From NCBI GenBank assembly GCA_011109175.1, contig RDEW01000028.1, positions 134,673 through 198,672 of the forward strand: DNA of 64,000 nt, given 5' to 3'. This DNA is from Dicyema japonicum (lineage: Eukaryota; Animalia; Dicyemida). A program made the position numbers and the translations under genes. Numbering within the stretch: position 1 is the first letter of the stretch; the number at the start of each line of letters is the position of its first letter. Shown here one piece after another: positions 35,300 to 48,869 of this stretch. The notes below the pieces were generated by a model, which was not told the origin of the DNA, did no database searches, and was given only the letters and a program-made list of their open reading frames with translations.

Positions 35300-36950
35300 C
35301 AAATTGCCTCAATAGCTCTTACTTGGGTTAGTTCTGGAGTCATGGGTTAATCTTCTTTTCGTATTTTGGACAGGCATCCAGATATAGCTGATTTCTTTGT
35401 GAATTAATACTTTCGGTGGTCTTAAGGTTTTAAAATAATAGCTGATTTCCTCCCGTTGGTCATGAAACTTTGCAATTTTGAAATAGTCTTTGTCACATTC
35501 CGTAAGGTTCCACAGTGAAAGAAACAACGTAACATCACGTTCGACTTCCAGCATTTAAATTTCCTGGCCTTCTCAGGAGCTGAACAGACATTGCAAGTGC
35601 TCTGAGAAAGATTGTTTGACGCGAAGGAGTTCATGGACGTTAAATCCTAGACTAGTGGCTTTCCAGCAGCAAACAGATAGATGTTCATTGGGACGTTTTC
35701 CACCTCCTCTACACACGAGAGAAAACTAAAAAAATCCCACAATGTTCCGCTTGGAATGGCGTTGAGCTAATTCCTACATTATTATTACTCCAGGATCACT
35801 GTATCAAAGAAAACGAAATGAGTTCTCAGTTAGCCATGTAATCCCATAAAACAAGGGAGAGGACATGTCCGGTGGGGTGGCGAATCCTGTACAGCTTTTC
35901 TCATCGGACATGGCTCAAACTTTTTTTATGATTGTAGATATTTTGATAGTGTATGGAACAAAGGTAGACTAGCCGCCTTTAAGAGTTTCTGTTGTAATTC
36001 GATTAATAAAAATGTGATAGATTTTGTGTTCTGGACAAATTAACTTTATTGCAGATTGTGGATAATTTCAAGGACTAGGAGCATGAAAACGTCATCGTGG
36101 GTAGAATAAATTGTTCATAAACAAGGTTCCCATATTAGTCTAAGTGTTTTTGAGATCACTTTTAGGATTCTCATTTTCTTAAGAGAAGTCACTTTGTTCT
36201 CAACATGTCGGATAAAAGAGAATCCCTGATCAAAGGTTCCAGAATCCTCTAAGTTTTGTTAAAATAGCCTTGTTCTTCATATGGATTTTTGGTTCGAGGG
36301 AGAGCTCTCTTTTAGAAGTGGTAAACAGCATAACAGAGGACTTTGTTGCTGATTTGTCGAGCCTCCGCTTCAGAGCCATAGTTCCAACTTGTCAAGCATT
36401 TGTTGAGATTACTATCAAAACTTCATGTTCGGGTGGATGTTCATTTCAAATATTTTTTTGAGAAGTTTCCTTGGAAATTTTTGTGATGTCCACAGATATA
36501 AGAATTGTCCTTTGATGGGGTTTGAGGAATTTAAATCTTTCCGCAATTAATTGTGTGAGGTGTGCTGTGGTCAAGTGGTTACCCCAATTCTGTGCTGAGA
36601 CAAAGGTATTTAGCCTTTCGATGATCCTTGAGACAGGACTCATAATATTGGGGGATAGGATGATGGTTCATTTATTGTTTATGTTTTCGAATAGGTTTGG
36701 AGACTTGTTTCATATTTCAGGGATTATGTTTGTGTTTATTGATAGGTTGAAGATATTGATAGTTCCAGAGCTTGATGCCCATGTGCTTCAGTTCACACGT
36801 GGTTATGTTGTCTGGTTTTCTGGTCGCTAAGTTGTTGGTCTTAGAACATCCTGACTAGTAAAGAGAATCCAGTCTTTGGAGAGTTTCTGTTGTGTTCTTT
36901 TGAAAACTCCGTGTAGGAGATAGACGAATAATCCCTACTACTTTGAGTAG
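35300..36950 (-). mobile_element. highly degenerate APE-RT LINE (I-like)
   Basis: Weak motifs only (TGHVLSLVL for QGSVLSP, GIKLWN); many stops. Confidence 0.35.
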
Positions 36951-37230
36951 CCGTATTAGTTATAGTTCCTCCCAGACACATACTTTATTTTGAGAAAAGA
37001 ACAGTTATCATAACTAATCGATGAGGGAAACCAAGGAAGCTCTTCACTTATTTTTGTTGGATGTGAGTCTTTTTATAGACGATCCGGTTCTGCAGTGAGA
37101 TGTTGACTGATGACGGCGACACTCGTCAAGCCAAAACATGACAGTGGAACCTCCATTCGAAATGTTCAACAGGGAGATTCGAGCTATGGGACAGGAGGCC
37201 TTTTGGCCGGTTACACTGCAGTACCCAGAA
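36950..37230 (-). mobile_element. second copy of the SINE family
   Basis: 22 of 23 nt identical core at 37107-37129 and a shared 3' segment (aagtgaagag..cgattagtt..aactgttcttt). Confidence 0.6.
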
Positions 37231-37351
37231 AAGTCTTAAACATTAAATGAATTTAAATAAATTTTAGTTCACTGTGATTTTTAAGTTTGTATGTTAATCA
37301 TAATTTTAAGCCGTTTAATTATATTTGTTATAACAACAAAAAATACATCGT

Positions 37352-40300
37352 TTAGGAGAGCTCATAGGGATAGTATCTGCATGTATACGAGCCAATCTTG
37401 TTAACACAGTAATGTTGACGTGGACATTTAAACTCTCTGAGCTCACATTCATTGATGTCTAAATAATTAAGTAAGGTACCTTTGCACTCTCCACATTGGT
37501 CCATGTAAAATCCCGACAGACACTCGCAGTAGTATGACCCAGCCGTATCAACGCATTTGCTGTCCTTGGGACACTGGTTCTCAGATGTTTCGCACTCATT
37601 TATGTCTATTCAATACTACGAAAGGTACTTTTGCACAATTTTTCAGACTTTTCGAAGCCCTCGTTGCACACACAGTCAAATCCCCCGAACGTTTCGACAC
37701 ATTGGGAGTTCTCGGGACAATTGTCTGTCTTTAAAGAACATTCAGGGATATCTCAAAGTCATCAAAAACCCAATAACCAACACACGTTCCATTTTCCAAT
37801 TTAAAACCTTCGGGACACTTCCCTGAGCAGTTGTCACCATTTCCGACGAAACCTGTCTTGCAGTGACAACCGTGATATCCGTCTATAGTTTCACAAACAG
37901 CATCCGAGTGACACTTTGTCGAAACACAATTTAATCTCCCATTTTTTGTGCAGTGACATTTTTCATCGCAAAGAGGGGAATAGACGGTTTCATTTGTCTG
38001 TGATTATGACTTACATTACCAGAATGTACGAGTTCTTATAGAAGCAACCACAATCTTCAGGTTTGACGCAATCACTCCCGCTATATACATAGCCTTCCTT
38101 GCACATGCAGTCCTCGGAATCAAAGCATATAGGAGAATTAGGTGCACAGCTTTCTATGCATTTTCCATTAGAATATTTCCACTCCATGTTTCGGGGACAT
38201 TGAACAGCTAACCAATGTTGAGGCAAGTCTACAGCATTTGGAGTACAATCCACTGTTTCTCCAAGATCCCGTTCTGTATCCAATGGAATAACAGTATTCC
38301 TCAATGACCTTTCCAAATATGCAAATGCTGGTGTTGGAATGGCACAGGTCATAAGCACATGACTTAATCAGTTCCTTTATGATATTCTCCTGCATATTAC
38401 TCATGCATTGCTATATTGCTAACAAGAATAACCTTAAATGGATCAAATGAAATTGCTTTCTGGCATATTTTAAAGTACTCCTGATTGCGAGGACATGTTT
38501 TCTTTTGCCCACATAAAACATCTTCCAAACAATCCTTTCCCGTAATGGAGGCATCTGAGCTTGTCCACGAAAGCTCAAAGGCGTTGTGTTCCTTAAATAT
38601 TTATGCTTTCATACGGCTTTGTCGCTACACGCATTAAAAGACCCGTGTTCAAAGTCATCAATGGGGTCATCATTTGCGTTCCCACATATCCCAGTGACAT
38701 TATTGTATTTCCCAACATAAATGGAAAGAATATGGTCGGCGTCGAATTCGACGGTAAAGTCAAATTTAACGGAAATCATGACCTACTTGTGACCTCATTA
38801 CTTAACCATTTTATTTTTTTGGAATAGAATGAAGTATCCTGGGTAAATAACCGGAGAATGAACTTTCTCATAGTTTACGTAAATCTGGAAATTTCTCAGC
38901 AAATCGATCCTCTAAAAGTTACAGGTAACACAACATCGTGGTTGTGGTATATTGTGACCCCCTGAATCCACGTGGCATTATCTGAACGCTCTATTTTTCC
39001 GTTTTCCGAGTCAATTCTGATATTGATGTAGTCTCCAATAATTTTCCACCCCTCAAGTCTGTCTTGAGACAAAATATATCGACACTTTCCTTGGAAGTGT
39101 GACCACTGGCCATCGAATAAATGTACGTGGGGATCTCCAAAGACCTTACATTCTTTAAGTTCTGCAAGTAACTAAATCGATATGTGAACTGTGGCATTGT
39201 CCTTTGTAGCCTAACCCTTTCAGCCCTTCATTGCACTGACAGTAATATTTTCCTGGGAGATTGTGACATTTGGCATTTCTGTCACAATTATGAATTTTGT
39301 CCGTGCATTCGTTTATGTCTACGAATAACAATATATTATACCCTCGCAGGTTCCATTTACTTTTCTGTACCCTTCGTAGCATTCACACTTATAGGATCCG
39401 GGGCTATTGTCGCAAAATGAATTCTGAGGACACTTGTGACCAAAAATTCCAATTTCTTCGCACTCATTAATATCTTACAAATCATAGACACAACAGTCTA
39501 CCAACACACAGTCTACCATTCCCTGTAAATCCTCTTGCACATGAACATCTGTAACCATTCACTAGGTTTTCACAAACTGCAAATTTATCACAGTCATTGA
39601 ATCCATTCTGACACTCGTCAATGTCTGTATAAATTTAACGGTAACCGATTGGTTTATTGGAACACTGAATTGACCCAACTTTGATCTGGCTAGGGTCATC
39701 AACTGAAGTAATCGAGATGGGAATATCAGTTGGGGATCTGATAGAGAATATCCCAACATCAGAACGTGTCGCATTAACGTCAGCCATGCAATTGCACCCC
39801 CTTCAGTAAATAGGTCGATTACTTGTTCTGAAGACAAGAGCCACTGCATGCGCATTTGAAGTGCGGAAAATGTAGTTTTGGAGTCGAGTACCTTCCCATC
39901 AATTGTATTCTTAGACCCATAATTGAATTCTTTATCCATTAATGTACAAAGTAAACCACATTCGTGCACGTGTATTTGATAGGCAGAAAGCAGTAGCTGT
40001 ACATTTTGACCAAATTCCTGATTTGGTTGTGGTCAACGTTAACGTATTTTATGTTAACTTTGGTGTTTGTTACCGTCAAATATGTGGATATTTGAGTAAT
40101 ACCAATTCCTGCTAATAAAATCAGTGGTGACCCTTAATATTTCTGCAGTACACGTAAAATGGCTTCACATAATAAGAAGGTTGAATGAGTAGTTCCGTGT
40201 CATAGGGTAAACTTGATGTCCCCAATTCGCAGTTTTTTGGAATACCTACCTCAATGAAACCTCTACCAGTTATTTTATCAGCACAGTGGATGTCCCCCAC

Positions 40301-43300
40301 TTTTACATTGCTATTATTAAAGCTGACAAACTGCAGGCCTGATATGGGCATGATGTTCCTTGGAATAAGATTCGTTGATTACTTGTTGAAGATTAATCCC
40401 CCTTCATTTGCACTTTCGTTTCTTTTAGCATCACATCGGCATTTAAAGTCAGCAGGACAGGTCTTTGTCCGGGAACATAAACAGTTTGTTGAATTCACCA
40501 AGTCTCCTCCTACCCAATATTTCAGTTTAGTCCCCTTGTAGTCAACCATCTCTACATTATTAGACAAAACTTGAGTTTTTCCACAAATATACCACAATTC
40601 CTAAATGAATGCACCAAACTCTATAACCTGCCAACAGTTATTCAAATGTTTGAGCATCTCGTGGATCTGAATGTAGTTAGCCTTCTCATAGACTATGTTG
40701 ATTGTCTCGGTGGTTGATTTAGTCATATTAACTTTTACCTACCAATTATAGCATAATCTCACAATAGTTTCGATTACGGAGTGTTTATAATTATACTGAC
40801 AGCGAACACTGAATGGATCTTGTCCTAGTGCCCCATCTGGGTCTATCGTGTTGTACTCATTCGATAAGAAATTATAACTTCTTTGAGCCTGTAAGAGTTG
40901 GTTGCAGCTTTTTTGAATAACTGAAATGATTAGTGATATCTACAAAAGCATTCCAAATCGTGTATTTTAGCCGTTACAGGTGCGGTTATCTGTTCTGCTA
41001 TAAATCCTCGGATTGGTAGCTCAGATTTATTGATCAGATATCCTTCTAAAGATTTCTCATCCCTTTTACAAAAACAATGCGTCCCCTCGCACTGTTTATT
41101 TTCTGTAGAAATTACTACCAATAAAAACTTGAGTTTATCCAATAATCTCCCCTTTTGTTGTAAACTGTTTTCATAAAAATGTTCCTCCCAAATTGTAATT
41201 GGCTATCCCGAGGACAATTTAATAACACTTTTTGCCGACAATATGAGGATGCCGACGTGAGTGAGGTAAGTTGGGAAGTTCTCAAATTATTATAACTGAT
41301 TGATCGATTATCAGTGACTTCCATTAGGACCTCTTTATTTATAATCTGAATTAACAGGTGGATAAAACAGTTATTGCGTGCAGGGGGTTGAGGATGATGT
41401 GACACCACACGGAAAATGGTTTCTCTGGCCCTCTCTGTCCATCCGGGTCGATGATAAGACTGTGACTTTTTGTTGGATTAAAGTGAGATTTTATTAACTC
41501 TCTTTGGCAGTCGATCGGCAAATCTACAAAGTCTATAAATAATTTACCTAGTTGTTGGTTACTGCAGACCAAATCCCCAACAACCGCATAAAGTAGTCCA
41601 TCAGAGTTTATCTTGCTCAGATTAAACGTTTTAATTCCCATAATTGGCAGACGAGTATGATCAATGATGTATCCTTCATCAATATTTTCAGAATTGACAT
41701 CACACATGCATTTTTGGGTTACATCTGATGAACATCTACTATGAAGTCCACATCCACAGGATGGGTATCCATCAGCATTACCCCAGTCTACAATTACTTA
41801 TATAAAATGCCATAGTTATTATTCCCATCCGCAGAAATCCAGCTCACATGACCAGTGATTGGGAAATTACTGCATTTCAGCTTTATGTGTTGTTTGCATG
41901 ATACGAATTTCGTCATTAATTGCTAGTACATCATATCAACCAAACCTTAATCTGAGTTAGGCTTAGAAGGTAGTTGATCTTCATGGTTAGTGACGTCGCA
42001 GAACCGAAAGTGATAATCCCAGGTCCTGACATTATTTAACTTTAATACTTGGATTCAAAATGCTTAGACCTTCATAAGAGCAATATAACTTAAAGGGCTT
42101 AAAAGGCCCGGGACCATCGGGATCAATATAATAATAACCGCTAGGAGGAAGCTCCCCCGACTTAACCCGGAGGAAATTGATTGTATTCAAACATGAGTCA
42201 TAGATATCTCCAATAACTCAGACTTTACCATAACATTTGATTCGTGATTCTGAGAAGATTATGCTAGGAGTATTTATTTTCACAGACGGAACCGATTTGC
42301 CCAATACCGTATATATTCTAAATTCACAAACAGCTAAAACATAGTCTGTCCGGCACAGTCGCAGGTATCAGCGTCCTCGCAAAATATTTCGCTAAGTCGT
42401 TTGACGATTCTCTCTCCCGTTGGGAATGTGACATCAATGGAATCATAATCTGACAATATTAAGGGACCATACTCTTTATTGCAGATCCACATTTAAGGTG
42501 CAATTCTTGAGTGCAATACGCAGAGTTCTTTATTATTAATAAAATGTTCTCAGTGATGCTGCTCAGAGTGTAGGCCCACCATTGCTTTAAATACATTTTC
42601 TACGAATAAATCCACTATCTACCGCTATCTTGAAATTCATAATGGCCGCAACACCGAATTCAGTTTCCTCACAGTGGACAGGGACACTCACATTTTCTAT
42701 AAAATTAGACGATTACATGCCATATTTCAGAAAGTACGTATAATTCATTGGAAAGTTCTTCATTTTGTACGACAAACAGGAGGAAAAAACATCTACGGTT
42801 GCCTAAATACTAAACCATGCTTATATTGAGCACATTCCACCGGTCCTACCAAAATTCTGCCTTCGTTTGGAATTTCACTGTGAAATGAAACGATTGGAAG
42901 ACTAGACTTGTTATTCTCAATTCCAAAGTCGAAAGTATTAGCCTTACTCTAATATTATAATAAACAAAAGTGGGGGACCTCACAGTTGCATTTTCTATTA
43001 CTTATGCACATCCCCGTGAAGGAACAGCCACACGACCCATTTACTGCTCTTCCACCAGGACCATAGTCGAGTTTTTTTAGTTGAGAGTAGAACCCGTCGT
43101 CTGGATTTTCGAATAAACTTGAATTCTCGAAATTAAATGTTTTGTTACCTTGCATCGATATTCTAAAAACTGAGAGCAGTACTTGTTTGAGGCAATGACT
43201 TTGGTGACGAATTGAATAGAATTAAAGTAATCGAGTTTTGTGACCTTTTCCTTTATTCTCAGAGTACCCCTATTTGTGAGTCACTAAAATGACCTTCTAA

Positions 43301-46081
43301 TGTTCATGGATGTTATTGAATGCATCTTTCCGTGTATACACTTGACGTACTCTGGCTGAACATTTCCACTAGAGTCCCCATCACTCCCATCGGGGTCAAT
43401 TAAGGTTACCATCTCTGAGTCTCTGGTTGTTTGTTTGACCTCATCGCAATTCGATAAAATCCCTAATCTTTCATAAACTCGATTCACCAAATTGTCTGGA
43501 CCCGCATTCAAGGCTATCCAACAGAACCTCATAATTTGAATTCTTGTCCTTGATATTCCCGGTAATCCCTGTAATTGGGAAGATTTTCTTGTCAATCATC
43601 AATCCCTGGTCCACTGTCCGTTCGACTCCGTGGTTAACGCAATTGCAGGGACTTTTCTTGTTAACACATGACTCATCGTATCCACATGGGCACTGAGTAT
43701 TAGATTTACATTTACAAGTAACTCTGATTTCGATCCAAGGGCATAAAAACTTTGGTCCCTCGCATTTGTGAGTGAGATGTCTGACAAATTCGATACCTTT
43801 CCTTTACAAACATATCTAACCACGTGTAATTGTTATTTACCTTATTTTCTGTGAACAGAATACTGACGAATTCACAATCATCTGAACAGCCGGCAGATTC
43901 AACGAGTACTCCACCTTCGTAATAGTTTTTTGGATTCCGATAATCAACCTATGCGTTTTTACGAAAATCACGGATATTCCGATTCCATCACGGAAAACGC
44001 ATTTTACCTATATTCAGTTTAAAATCAACCATTTCAGCTTTATCATTGATTCTAACATTGTAGTACCCATCTCTTGGAGTCTTCACATTCTTGACAACAT
44101 CATCACAGGATCCGTACAATTCTTACGAATTTTAATCAATCGAACTTTCACATTTTCCGTTAGCATTTCGTCTCCCGTACTTGCATTTGCAAAGATATCC
44201 AGGGACAGTGTCGACGCATACTTCTTCCTCCTCACAAATATTGGACTTGCACTCATTTATATCTTTGACTCAAATATAAGATTTACTTTTGCACTCATTT
44301 TTGCCGTCCCCTTCAAATCCGACTCTGCACTCGCAAAAGTGATTAGCACAATCCGCCAATTTGTGGCAGTCCTTATGAGACCAACAATAATTATTTTCTA
44401 TTTAAAGATTTATATTTTACTAATGCAGATTCCGTTCACTAATTCATACCCCTCGTTACATTTGCACGTGTATGACCCAATCGTGTTTAGGCAGTACGAA
44501 TTTTCAGGACATTCCACAGAAGAACATTCGTTAATATCTACGATTCACAGTATTGTTCACCTCCGCAGTATTTGCTTCCATCCCCGTTGAACCCCTCTCG
44601 GCACCTGCAGGACCCAAAATGACACATCCCATATTCGCCATTGCAATCGCCGTCGTTCACACAGTGTTTTAATTCTAAGCACATAAAAGTGGTAATCTCC
44701 ACCATATTCGCAAATGTAAGAATTTTGTTGGCTGCAGTCATCACTAACTGTGCTATGGTTTTCAATGGCATTGCAGAGTCCGTTCTTAGGGACAAGATCT
44801 TCACTTGATAAAATTGAAAACCTATCCACAATTTTGTAGACTTGTGTAACTTCAATATTTTGGAGTAAAATTCTACATCCCCCATGACTCTTACGCTGGC
44901 TAATGTCATCCCCCACTTTGTGCAGTTGTTTACGCTATTTTGAAAAGTATTTGTATTAACAGCTTCTTGAAGACACTTATCTCCAAATCTAAGCTCGTGG
45001 GTTGGACACACTTTGAAATCTACGTTGACTAATTTCACGCACATTTGACCGATTTCTTGCATATCGATTGCTTGTGGTCACTGCACACGGAAGGCGAAAA
45101 TGTCCCGTTCATATAATGATAACATTTCTTGTTTGTGGGGGTATTCAAACTGTAAACTGGACCGTTTATAAATTTCACGTGGTTATTTGTTTGTAACACG
45201 TATCCTCCTTGAAGTCCAACCCAATAGGAGACATCGGAGTCACTAGAAAATTAATAGGTTTTAGACATTATCCCCCGAGAGGATAGTTCAGTCGATATGT
45301 CATCGTCAAACGATGCCAAGTCTCCCCCATGTAAGTTACAATAGTAGAATCCAGAGAGATAATCAAATTCGTGTTTAATGGCAACATAGCAACTCCCATT
45401 AATAAGAACCCACCCATATGGACAGACGTGGGTCATCAAGGTATCTAAAATAACTTGTGTGTGTACTTATTTCACAAATAAATAATTTAGGAGTCCTGCA
45501 GTCTCCAACCCCAAATTTACCGTTATTCCCATCCAAGTATCCACATGTTTGGTTTTTTGACGAATTCTCCTCTCGTAGTTTGTTAACCCCTCCGTTTTTC
45601 CAGTATAATTTATCTAACTTATGATGACCATTACTTATTATTAGATCTTTCCTGAGTCCAACCCAAAAGCTTTCATTTTTGTTAACAGCCTGTATGCTTT
45701 TAAAGATCTTTTCGTAATTAGTGGGGTCCGACAGGGATGCCAGACTTCCGTTGCAGGAATCATAAGCTTCTTGGTAAGTTTGTTTTTGCGAGTAAATTCT
45801 GTAGCAAATTCCGTTAAATTCCTCATAGTAAGGGGGACATTGAGCTATTGAATAAACTCACAAGTAACCATGACACCCAGTATGATTCGACCCCTTCTTC
45901 CCATCTCCTCGTAAGCCATGTTTGCATATACACTCGAAATTACTGTCATCAATATTGACACATTTGGCAAGACTGTGACACGTGAAGGTGGCATGTATTG
46001 AACACAAGGAGTGGTCGTTGTGAATCGTAGACAAGACTTATAAATATTAAATTCCTTACAAATAATAAAAATGAATATCAT
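37352..46081 (-). CDS. large secreted multi-domain protein: SP - EGF - 3x C-type lectin - EGF/cbEGF - about 7x Caspr-type fibrinogen-like module - 3x cbEGF - VWD - C8 - TIL - TILa - EGF - 3x cbEGF
   Basis: ATG at 46081 with hydrophobic MIFIFIIFLS; CTL motifs (CP.GW..INGSCY, FWVGL, C..K..ICE); repeated SC....IDPDG.G...PF..YC...C.Q...Y.C...W....CGCG...C..CNCD...DEG.I....LP modules; [19 protein letters not shown] (VWD); DINEC repeats; TAA at 37352 with no TM segment. About 40-50 micro-introns and about 2500 aa, both estimated. Confidence 0.85.
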
Positions 46082-46436
46082 TAACACTAATATTGATACA
46101 TTGTGTTATATATTAATAAACCATATGCTGCCTGCTTAATCAATTAGTGTCAATTACTGTTTTTTTGTCATCAGGTGGGACATTATTTCCAGTAAATTAT
46201 ATACATCTACTGCTCAGAAAATAACCAATCATGTAACATGTGTCTAATTACGACAGAATGCAATATGCTCAGTTATAAAAACAATATCAATCAGACTTGC
46301 CTGTTGTCACAAATCTATTTCAACTTTGATGACCTTAATGAATTCCCTCTCATAAACGAATCACAAAGTTTAAAAGATTATAATCATTAAATAATCACAT
46401 TACTATTTTTGGTGAGGTTTCTTAATTGGATCACAG

Positions 46437-47560
46437 TTGAGAAAAATGTCTAGAAAGCAAAGGATACAAAGGGATGCATCTCGTCTAAAGCTCCTTACGT
46501 TCAATGCTAGAAGCTTATCTACGACCTGGTCGAGGAAGATTCTCTGTGACGACTTGGAGAGATATGACGTATCCATTGCGTGCCTACAAGAGACGAAAGT
46601 TACTTGTAGCCTTGATGAGAGTCATGGTGAATATCGAATAATATGTATACCGAGTGACTCAAAATATTATGGACTTGGATTTGCCATCCATTCAAAGTTG
46701 ACAAGTGCAGTCCACCGTACATGGAGTGTAAATGACAACATCTGTGTTATACAAATCTGTCTAAACGACTTTCCTCCTTCGAAGAGCTTCTGACAATTAT
46801 AAATGTTTATGAGTCACACTGCGGGAGAGTAGTGAAAGATCCGACAGAACTAGACGACTTCTATTCAGCACTGTTACGGACGTACATCAAATTTGAGTCG
46901 TCATCACTAATACTCATTGCTGGGGATTTGAATGCGAAAATCGGGATGAAGAATAACCCGGATGATGTTTTCTTAGGAGAACATGGACGTGGAATAAGAA
47001 ACCTACCCAGGACAATACTTGGTCACTTTTGTATGGCAAACAACTTTTTCCTATGTAATACTGCATTTACGCATCCTGCCACAAAACTACGTGGATGGGG
47101 AAGCGAAGGAACTCAGAGGGAAAGCTGGTCCCAATATACAATCAAATAGATTATGTCATACGCCGGGCTAAAGACAAACACCTTCTAGTAAACGCACGTT
47201 CATATGAAGGCTCGACGACTGTCAGCGACCACAAGATGGTTATTGCGACCTTCACTCTGAAAAAACATGCCATCAAATGCAAGAATGCCAAAAATCACGA
47301 ATTTGAGAAAATCAGAGGCGACTGAAAGGCTGATTTCCCAACCGGAGACTACTGAGAGATGTCAACAATACATTCAGACTCATATGCAGAACGCATTGGT
47401 GGATACCTCGTTAGAAGACGCTTGGAAACGCAAAAAAACACCATCAACGAAGCTGCTGAGGCATGTCTTGGCAAAAAGAAAAATTCAGGCAGCCGTCCTG
47501 TACGTTCATGCTCGGGCACTAAGGAGAACACCGAGAAAAGATGAGATCGCTGTTAGAATG
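46437..47560 (+). mobile_element. RTE-like LINE 5' half (APE and linker), degenerate
   Basis: TFNARSL, CLQETK, GDLNAKIG, NQIDY, SDH. Confidence 0.8.
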
Positions 47561-47757
47561 CATCGGGATCACGTGATGATTAGTTTGGTTTTTACCGTTG
47601 TCTTGGGTTGTTAAATAAAAAAATAATTACCTTCGCAAACAGAAAGGCAGCAAATTATTTTTTCGGATTATTGAGGGTTTACTGTATTGGAATGAGGAAT
47701 ACTATATTCTGAAGACAAACATATAGAAATAGCCATAGCTAACAATTATTATTATTA

Positions 47758-48850
47758 CAGTGCGACCCCGAATTGGGGAAATTTTGAGGTTTTCCCCAAA
47801 AAAGAGGGTTTTCCTTAAATTTGGGTCTACCCTGTTCGATATACTACCTTAATAATATAACCAAGATGGATAATTACAATTTTTATATTTTAATAAAAAA
47901 ATCTGTTAATTTTCGCATCAAACTCATAATATTTGCTTTGAATTGTTTAGATCAATGACATTTTCTGGAGTCTCTTGCTTAATAACATTTAGCAGCATTG
48001 TGAATACACATTTCGCATTGTTTATAACTTGTCGATCATCCAAACGTTCCAGAAATTGTTCGCTGCAGTCCTCTTCATCACTGCTAGTATCATCTTAGAA
48101 GCTCTCCAAAATCGCATTTTCCACAATTTCCGAATCAATCTGACTTTCTCAGGTGTCCTCTTTTTCCAGACAGTCATATTCCAAAGCCTTTTCAAAGCAA
48201 TGTCGTATTGAAGTTTCTGTAATCTCCCCCATTCCAATTTCGAACATGAATAGCATCCAATATTGTGATTCCCTTTATTGCTTCAACAATTTGAGCTACA
48301 GGAATTTTATCATGGATAATCGTTTTCATCATCCAATAATTGAAATGATTCTTAAATGCCTGTATTATCCCTTGGTCTTAAGGCTGAATTAAGGAAGTTG
48401 TGTTTTTTAGAAAAAATTATATTACGTCTACGTTTGAATATTGGGCAGAAACAGCATGACAAGTTGCATTGTCAATTAATAATGCTATTTTTTTTCTCCC
48501 TCATTTCCTCGTTAAATCAAGATAACCAATTTTCAAAAATATTTTTTGTCATCCAGACTTTTAAAATTATTCTTTTTAAAGTTATTCCTTACCAGGTTAA
48601 TTAGTTAACTAACCAAGTTAGTTTTCAAAATTATTGATACAGGTTAGAATAAATAAATAATAACAAATCAAAAATTATAGAAATATTAATCGTTTATGAT
48701 AATATAAAATTTTTCTCCAGTAGGGGGTTTATTTCTTTAAAAATCATCGTATTTTATAGGGATGTCGAAAATATTCCCCCAAAAGCAAGGTTTTCCCAAA
48801 AAAAGAAAGTTTCCCCGCTACTTGGGTTTCGCTAATTCGGGGTCGTACTG
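47758..48850 (-). mobile_element. pogo/Tigger-like Tc1-mariner element, internally deleted
   Basis: TIRs CAGTGCGACCCCGAATT / AATTCGGGGTCGTACTG, TA TSD on both sides; DDE_1 remnant FL..NTTSLIQP*DQGIIQAFKN. Confidence 0.85.
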
Positions 48851-48869
48851 TATTAACCCCAGACTTACC

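Noticed and set aside
37534-44590. Plus-strand ORFs overlapping the large minus-strand gene (e.g. 37534, 37557, 39184, 40254, 44339)
   Set aside because: Antisense shadows of Cys-rich coding exons, with no independent motifs.
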